From assembly GCA_035702765.1 (NCBI GenBank), contig DASSZV010000021.1, forward strand, positions 1,002-65,001: a stretch of DNA of 64,000 bases, written 5' to 3'. Numbering within the stretch: position 1 is the first letter of the stretch; each line of letters starts with the position of its first letter. Source of the DNA: Solirubrobacteraceae bacterium (GTDB taxonomy: Bacteria > Actinomycetota > Thermoleophilia > Solirubrobacterales > Solirubrobacteraceae). The position numbers and the translations under genes are program-made. Below are positions 58,889-64,000 of this stretch, piece after piece. Under the pieces are notes generated by a model. It did not search any database, was not told the DNA's origin, and saw only the letters and a list, made by a program, of their open reading frames with translations.

Positions 58889-59758
58889 ATGATCCTCCAC
58901 GCCCCGGCCAAGGTGAACCTGTGCCTGTTCCTGGGCCCGCCCCGGACCGCGGACGGCCGCCATCAGCTGGTGACCGTGCTTGAAGCCCTGTCCCTGGCCG
59001 ACCAGCTCGAGCTCGAGTTCGGCGCGCCGGCGGACGCAGTCATCTGTCCGGGCGTGGCCGGAGAGAACCTTGCCCTCCGGGCACTCGCCGGGCTGCGCGG
59101 GCTCGGCTGGTCCGCTCCGCCCGTGCGCATCACCATCGACAAGCGGATCCCCGTGGCCGCCGGGATGGGCGGGGGGTCCTCCGACGCCGCCGCGGTCCTG
59201 CGCCTCCTCGACGGCCCGGAGCGCCCGCTGGCGCTGGCCCGGTCCCTGGGTGCGGACGTCCCGGCGCTCATCGACCCGGGGCTGTGGCTGGCCGGCGGCG
59301 CCGGGGATGAGGACATGACCCGGTTTCCCGGCGGCCTGGGCGAGCACGCCTACCTCGTGCTCCCCTCCGCCCACGCGTTGTCGACCGCCGATGTCTACCG
59401 GGAGGCGGACCGCCTCGGACTGGGCCGGTCCCCCGCCGAGCTCGCCGCGCTGATGGCCCGGGCGCGGGCGGCACTCGGGGACGCCCGCCGGCTGCCCGCC
59501 GAGCTGCTGGTCAACGACCTCGCCCCCGCAGCGCTGTCGCTGTGCCCGTCGATCCAGGATGGACTCGACGCACTGGCCGGCGTGGGCGCCGACACGACGA
59601 TGGTGTCGGGCTCGGGTCCCACCACGGTGGGGATCTTCTGGGGTGCGCGGGCGCGGGAGCGCGCCGAGACCGCGTGTGCGACGCTCGCCTCGAGCGTTCC
59701 GGGGGCCGCGACCGCCGTTCCCTTCCCCGCTCCGTCACAATCTGAGCCGGTTCCATGA
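58889..59758 (+). CDS. ispE: 4-diphosphocytidyl-2-C-methyl-D-erythritol kinase
   Basis: Motifs APAKVNL, KRIPVAAGMGGGSSDAA, GADVP and SGSGPT. Confidence 0.95.
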   Translation: MILHAPAKVNLCLFLGPPRTADGRHQLVTVLEALSLADQLELEFGAPADAVICPGVAGENLALRALAGLRGLGWSAPPVRITIDKRIPVAAGMGGGSSDAAAVLRLLDGPERPLALARSLGADVPALIDPGLWLAGGAGDEDMTRFPGGLGEHAYLVLPSAHALSTADVYREADRLGLGRSPAELAALMARARAALGDARRLPAELLVNDLAPAALSLCPSIQDGLDALAGVGADTTMVSGSGPTTVGIFWGARARERAETACATLASSVPGAATAVPFPAPSQSEPVP

Positions 59759-59976
59759 CCAACACCCAGATCACCTACCTGGTCGTCGTGCTCTGTCTCG
59801 TGCTCGGGCTGGCCGCGTTCGTGTCTCTGATCGTCGTCCCGGCCCTGAGCGCCTACCGGACGATCTGGGAGCGGGGCGCCGCGCTCATCCTCTCGCTGTA
59901 CGTGCTCGCCGCGCTCGCCGGCATCGGCGTGCTGGCGGGGGTCGTGATCATCGCCGAGTGGCCGCGGCTGTTCTGA
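59755..59976 (+). CDS. Small two-TM hypothetical protein
   Basis: 73 aa with two hydrophobic helices; its ATG overlaps the ispE stop (ATGA). Confidence 0.75.
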   Translation: MTNTQITYLVVVLCLVLGLAAFVSLIVVPALSAYRTIWERGAALILSLYVLAALAGIGVLAGVVIIAEWPRLF

Positions 59977-59992
59977 GCTGTCCGGACCGAAC

Positions 59993-61216
59993 GTGACCGA
60001 CCGTGACTCCGCCGTCCGCTCCGGCGCCGGCCCCGACCTCAGCGCGCTAGCCGAGATCACCCAGGCCGTCCAGGCCGGGGCCGGACTGCCCGAGATCCTC
60101 CGCGCGGCGGCGCGTGCGCTGGACGCCTCCCTGGTGCTCATCGACCGCAACGCCTCGATCCTCGCCGTCGCGGCGCGCTCGCCCGCGGACGAACGCTCGC
60201 TCATGCGTGACGCCGACGACGTCGCCACGATCGAGCTGAAGGTCGCCGACGCCGCCGTCGGGCAGCTGCGCATGCGCAGCCGCGACCGTGCCCCCGACGG
60301 CGCCGTGCTGTCCCTGGTGACGACGCTGATCGCCTCCGAGGTCGAGCGTGTGCGCGCGCCCGAGCGCGCGTCGGAGGAGGCGGCCACCGCGTTCCTGCGC
60401 GCCGTCCTCGTGCGCGGGATCGCCGACCGCGAGGACCTGCTGGCTCGGGGCAAGGAGCTGGGCATCGACCTGGCCAACGGCTCCGCGGTGGTCGTCGTCC
60501 GGGCCCGGCCCCAGCGACCCACCGAGGACGACTGGCGCCGGCGGCTGCTGGCCGTGACCGCCCGGGGGGCGCGGTCGATCGCGCCCGGGGCGATCGCGGC
60601 TGCCGCCGAGTCGGAGTCGGGCACCGTCGTGGTGCTCGTCCCCGACCCCGACGGTGAAGCCTCCCGGCGGGTCTCGGCGGCGATCCTGCGCGAGCTCGAG
60701 GCCGGCCTGGTCAACTTCACCTTCGCCCTGGGCCGCTCCCGCCGTGCCGAGGACCCGCTCGAACTCGCTCGCGCGGGCAACGAGGCGATGCTCGCGCTCA
60801 ACGTCGTCGAGGGCGAGGCCGGCGTGAGCGATCTGGCCTTCGAGGCGACCGGCACCTATCAGCTGCTGCTTCCCTACATGAGCGATCCCGCCGAGCTCAA
60901 GCGCTTCTACGCCGACACGGTGCGTCCCCTGGTCGCCTACGACGAGCAGTACGAGACCGACCTGCTCGGCACCCTGGCGACGTTCCTGGATTGCGACGCG
61001 AACGTGAACGCGACGGCGGCCCGGCTGATCACCCACCGCCACACGATCCGCTACCGCTTTGAGCGCGTGCGCGAGCTCACCGGTCTGGACGTCCAGTCCA
61101 CGGACGGACGCGAGAAGCTCTCACTCGGTCTGAAGGCCATGCGCGTCCTGGGTATCGCCGCTCCCCGCGGCCCGGCTACCGAGCCGGGCGCCGAGGGCGG
61201 CCGCGTGCCCCGCTAG
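59993..61216 (+). CDS. PucR/CdaR-family transcriptional regulator
   Basis: YDEQYETDLLGTLATFL...HRHTIRYRFERV. Confidence 0.9.
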   Translation: MTDRDSAVRSGAGPDLSALAEITQAVQAGAGLPEILRAAARALDASLVLIDRNASILAVAARSPADERSLMRDADDVATIELKVADAAVGQLRMRSRDRAPDGAVLSLVTTLIASEVERVRAPERASEEAATAFLRAVLVRGIADREDLLARGKELGIDLANGSAVVVVRARPQRPTEDDWRRRLLAVTARGARSIAPGAIAAAAESESGTVVVLVPDPDGEASRRVSAAILRELEAGLVNFTFALGRSRRAEDPLELARAGNEAMLALNVVEGEAGVSDLAFEATGTYQLLLPYMSDPAELKRFYADTVRPLVAYDEQYETDLLGTLATFLDCDANVNATAARLITHRHTIRYRFERVRELTGLDVQSTDGREKLSLGLKAMRVLGIAAPRGPATEPGAEGGRVPR

Positions 61217-62691
61217 ACGCGCTCGGCCTCGCGCGGCCCGCCGGCCCCGGGATGGCGCGCCGACCCCGGCGCGGCGTCGGCCTCGGCGTCGGAGACCCCC
61301 ATCGTCGGCGGGTCGACGATCCCCCACAGGCCTGCCACTCCACCGGCGGCCACGAGCAGGGCGCAGGCGAGGATCGCGATGTGGAAGGCGTGCACGCTCG
61401 CCGCGTTGGCGCGGAAGGCGTCGTGTCGCAGCGCCCCGGCGGCGAGCAGGCCCAGCACGCTCACGCTCACCAGCCCCGCCACCCGAGCCAGGGCGTTGTT
61501 GATCGCCGAGGCGATCCCCGCATTGGCTGCCTCGGCGGCGGCGAGCACCGTCGCGGTGAGCGGGGCCACGGTCATCGACAGGCCGACGCCGAAGAGCCCC
61601 AGCGCCGGCAGCAAGACGGTGAGGTACGGCGTGTGCAGGTGGGCGCGCAGCAGCAGGGCGATGCCCGCCGCCGCGACGAGCGGACCGACGCCCATGAACA
61701 GCCGCGGGCCCAGCCGCCCCGCCAAGGCCCCGAAGCGGCGTGAGAGGCCGAACATGATGAGCGTGATGGGCAGCGTCGAGAGGCCGCTGGCCACGGCGCT
61801 GTAGCCGGCCACCTGCTGGAGGAAGATCTGCAGGAAGAAGATCAGCCCGCCCAGGCCGGCGTACATCGTCACGGTCTCGAGGTTGCCCACGGAGAAGTTG
61901 CGGTGCCGGAAGAGGCTGAGGTCGAGCATCGGGTCGGCGGCGCGGCGCTCGTGCCCGAGGAAGGCGCTGAGCAGCGCGAGACCGAGCAGCAGGGAGACGA
62001 GGATGACCGGATTGCCCCAGCCGAGGTGGGGCTCCTCGATGAGCGCGAAGACGACCCCGCCGAGGCCGAATACGCAGAGCAGCCCCCCGGAGAGGTCGAT
62101 CGCGCGCCGCGCTGGACCCGCCCCGCCGGTCCGCGGCCGGGCGGGGACGGCGGTCCGGATGAGCGCGAGCGTGCCGAGCACAAGCGGCACGTTGATGAGG
62201 AAGATCCAGCGCCAGGAGGCGTGGTCGACGATCAGGCCGCCCAGCAGCGGCCCGACGACCTGGGCGATCGAGCCCCAGGCCGTCCACGCGCCGATCGCCG
62301 CGCCCCGCTCGCGCGCCGGAAACGCCGCGATGATGACGGCGAGTGAGCTGGGGGTGAGCAGGGCGCCCGCGGCGCCCTGGAGGAGGCGCGCACCGAGCAG
62401 GAACCCGCTCGTGGGAGCGAGCGCGCACAGCAGCGAGCAGACCCCGAACCCGCCGACGCCGAGGGCGAAGACGCGCCGCTCTCCGAAGATGTCCCCGAGC
62501 GAGCCGCCGATGAGGATGAGCGAGCCGAGCGTGAGCAGATAGCCGCCGGAGATCCACTGCTGGAGGCTGAGGCCGCCGCCGAGGTTGCGCTCGATCGCGG
62601 GCAGGGCGACGTTCACCACCGTCGCGTCGACACCCGCCACGCCCGAGCCGAGGATCGCGGCGATGAGCGTGAGGCGCTGGCGCCGGGTCAT
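61213..62691 (-). CDS. MFS transporter (DHA2/EmrB-like)
   Basis: Motifs DATVVNVALP, GGSLGDIFGERR, RLLQG and WRWIFLINVP. Start at 62691 or 62703. Confidence 0.93.
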   Translation of the reverse strand: MTRRQRLTLIAAILGSGVAGVDATVVNVALPAIERNLGGGLSLQQWISGGYLLTLGSLILIGGSLGDIFGERRVFALGVGGFGVCSLLCALAPTSGFLLGARLLQGAAGALLTPSSLAVIIAAFPARERGAAIGAWTAWGSIAQVVGPLLGGLIVDHASWRWIFLINVPLVLGTLALIRTAVPARPRTGGAGPARRAIDLSGGLLCVFGLGGVVFALIEEPHLGWGNPVILVSLLLGLALLSAFLGHERRAADPMLDLSLFRHRNFSVGNLETVTMYAGLGGLIFFLQIFLQQVAGYSAVASGLSTLPITLIMFGLSRRFGALAGRLGPRLFMGVGPLVAAAGIALLLRAHLHTPYLTVLLPALGLFGVGLSMTVAPLTATVLAAAEAANAGIASAINNALARVAGLVSVSVLGLLAAGALRHDAFRANAASVHAFHIAILACALLVAAGGVAGLWGIVDPPTMGVSDAEADAAPGSARHPGAGGPREAERV

Positions 62692-62710
62692 GCCGGCAGA
62701 CACTAGTCGG

Positions 62711-62760
62711 CCGTCGCGGGCCGTCGCGGGCCGTCGCGGGCCGTCGCGGGCGGCCGCGGG
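62711..62760. repeat. Tandem 10-bp repeat CCGTCGCGGG x4 plus one degenerate copy
   Basis: Read directly from the intergenic sequence. Confidence 0.9.
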
Positions 62761-62783
62761 CCACCGCTAGGATCGCCCGAAGC

Positions 62784-63584
62784 ATGGCGGTGGCCCTCAT
62801 CACCGGCTCGGGGACCCACTCCCTGCCCGGCTTCGCGCTCGGTGAGTCTGTCGGCGTCGAGACCCCCTACGGCCATGTCACCGTCCAGCGCGGTCGCCTC
62901 GGCGACGTCGACGCCCTCCAGGTGTCCCGGCACGGGCCCGGACACGCGCGGCTTTCCTCCGCGGTCAACCACCGCGCGAACGTCTGGGCGCTGAAGGCCA
63001 TGGGGGCCCGGGCGGTGATCGGCTGCACGGCCTGTGGTGCCGTCGACCCCGCGCTTGAGCTGGGGCAGCTCGTCGTCTTTGACGACCTGTGGTTCCTCGC
63101 CAACCGGCTGCCTGACGGCTCGCTGTGCACCTTCTTCGACGTGCCCGGCGCTCCCGGGCGCGCCCACTGGGTCCTGCACGGCGGCCCCTATTCGGCCGAG
63201 CTGCGGGCGGCGCTGCTGGCCGGCGCCGCGGCCGTCGGCCAGCGCGCCCGGGACGGCGGTTGCTACGGCCACGTCGACGGGCCGCGCTTCAACACGCCTA
63301 CGGAGATCGCCCAGCTCGGCGCCGCCGGGGTGGTCGCGGTGAGCCAGACCGGCGGCCCGGAGACCGTGTTGTGCGGCGAGCTGGAGCTGCCCTACGCGCT
63401 CGTCGGCTTCATCACCGACCACGCCAATGAGGTCCATCCCGGCGCGACGACGCCGGTGGAGACCCTCGCCGAGCTGCTCGGCGCCAGCGCGGGGATCTTC
63501 GCCCGGGTGCTCGCTGGCGCCCTGCCCCGCCTCGCTGGCACGGAGATCCCTCCGGTGGGTCACGTGTACCGCGTCGGCTCGTGA
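62784..63584 (+). CDS. MTAP-family purine nucleoside phosphorylase
   Basis: Motifs ETPYG, RHG.GH, NHRANVWAL, GPRFNT.TE and PE..LCGEL. Confidence 0.92.
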   Translation: MAVALITGSGTHSLPGFALGESVGVETPYGHVTVQRGRLGDVDALQVSRHGPGHARLSSAVNHRANVWALKAMGARAVIGCTACGAVDPALELGQLVVFDDLWFLANRLPDGSLCTFFDVPGAPGRAHWVLHGGPYSAELRAALLAGAAAVGQRARDGGCYGHVDGPRFNTPTEIAQLGAAGVVAVSQTGGPETVLCGELELPYALVGFITDHANEVHPGATTPVETLAELLGASAGIFARVLAGALPRLAGTEIPPVGHVYRVGS

Positions 63585-63594
63585 GCGGGGTCTC

Positions 63595-64000
63595 GTGAGG
63601 GTGCTCGTCTTCGCCCGAGCGCCGCGGCGGGGCGGCGTTCGCCGCGCGCTGGAGCCGCTGCTGGGTGTCGACGGCGCCCTGCGCGCCCACGCGGCGCTGC
63701 TCATGGAGGCGATCGACTGGGCCCGGGATCTCGCCCCCGAGGCGCTCTATGTCGCCTACGAGCCGGCGGACGCGGGCCCCGAGATCCGGGCGCTGGTGGG
63801 GGACGACATCATCGCCTTCCCCCAGGTCGGTGACGGCATCGCCGGGCGCTTTCGCCACGCCGCCGGACGTGTCTTTGAGGACCACGCCGGTCCGGTGCTC
63901 GCCCTCTGGCCCGACGTGGTGAGCCTGGCCCGTCACCACGGCACCGCCGCGCTGGCGGATCTCGCCGCCGGCGCCGACGTCGTGCTCGGCCCCGCCTTCG
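63595..64000 (+). CDS. DUF2064/TIGR04282-like glycosyltransferase-fold protein (partial)
   Basis: Manual translation VRVLVFARAPRRGGV...FPQVGDGIAGRF...ADVVLGPAF; runs off the window end. Confidence 0.75.
   Translation, partial: MRVLVFARAPRRGGVRRALEPLLGVDGALRAHAALLMEAIDWARDLAPEALYVAYEPADAGPEIRALVGDDIIAFPQVGDGIAGRFRHAAGRVFEDHAGPVLALWPDVVSLARHHGTAALADLAAGADVVLGPAF

Noticed and set aside
62711-62760. Repeat as a CRISPR array
   Set aside because: The units are 10 bp with no spacers, and no cas genes are present.

Overview
This is a high-GC, gene-dense chromosomal window from an actinobacterium. The gene set, SDH type and many leaderless promoters suggest Thermoleophilia/Solirubrobacterales, which is an inference. 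Core loci are three tRNAs (Ser-TGA, Ser-GCT, Val-CAC), SRP RNA-dnaX-ybaB-recR, TPP riboswitch-thiC, ask-asd, mdh, a mycobacterial Sdh1-type sdhCAB operon, glyQS and rsmI-metG-tatD-rsmA-ispE. I saw no integrase, transposase, prophage or CRISPR array. The most interesting signals are regulatory: (1) a membrane-anchored ECF sigma/zinc-finger fusion sharing an exact 12-bp upstream motif with an adjacent Thr-rich secreted protein; (2) an ECF sigma factor with a convergent anti-sigma-like gene, where that gene and a divergent COG4315 pair share a GGGAAGG-N14-GYGTC promoter motif; (3) an amt gene followed by a PucR-family regulator instead of glnK, with three repeated boxes upstream; (4) a degenerate sigma-70-like protein lacking region 4; (5) a coiled-coil/AT-hook/wHTH candidate nucleoid protein; (6) a pseudo-receiver LuxR regulator beside a candidate small RNA; and (7) tandem sedolisins sharing a basic C-terminal domain. 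All calls are by eye, without database searches. Where I refined start codons from the ORF track, they are best estimates.
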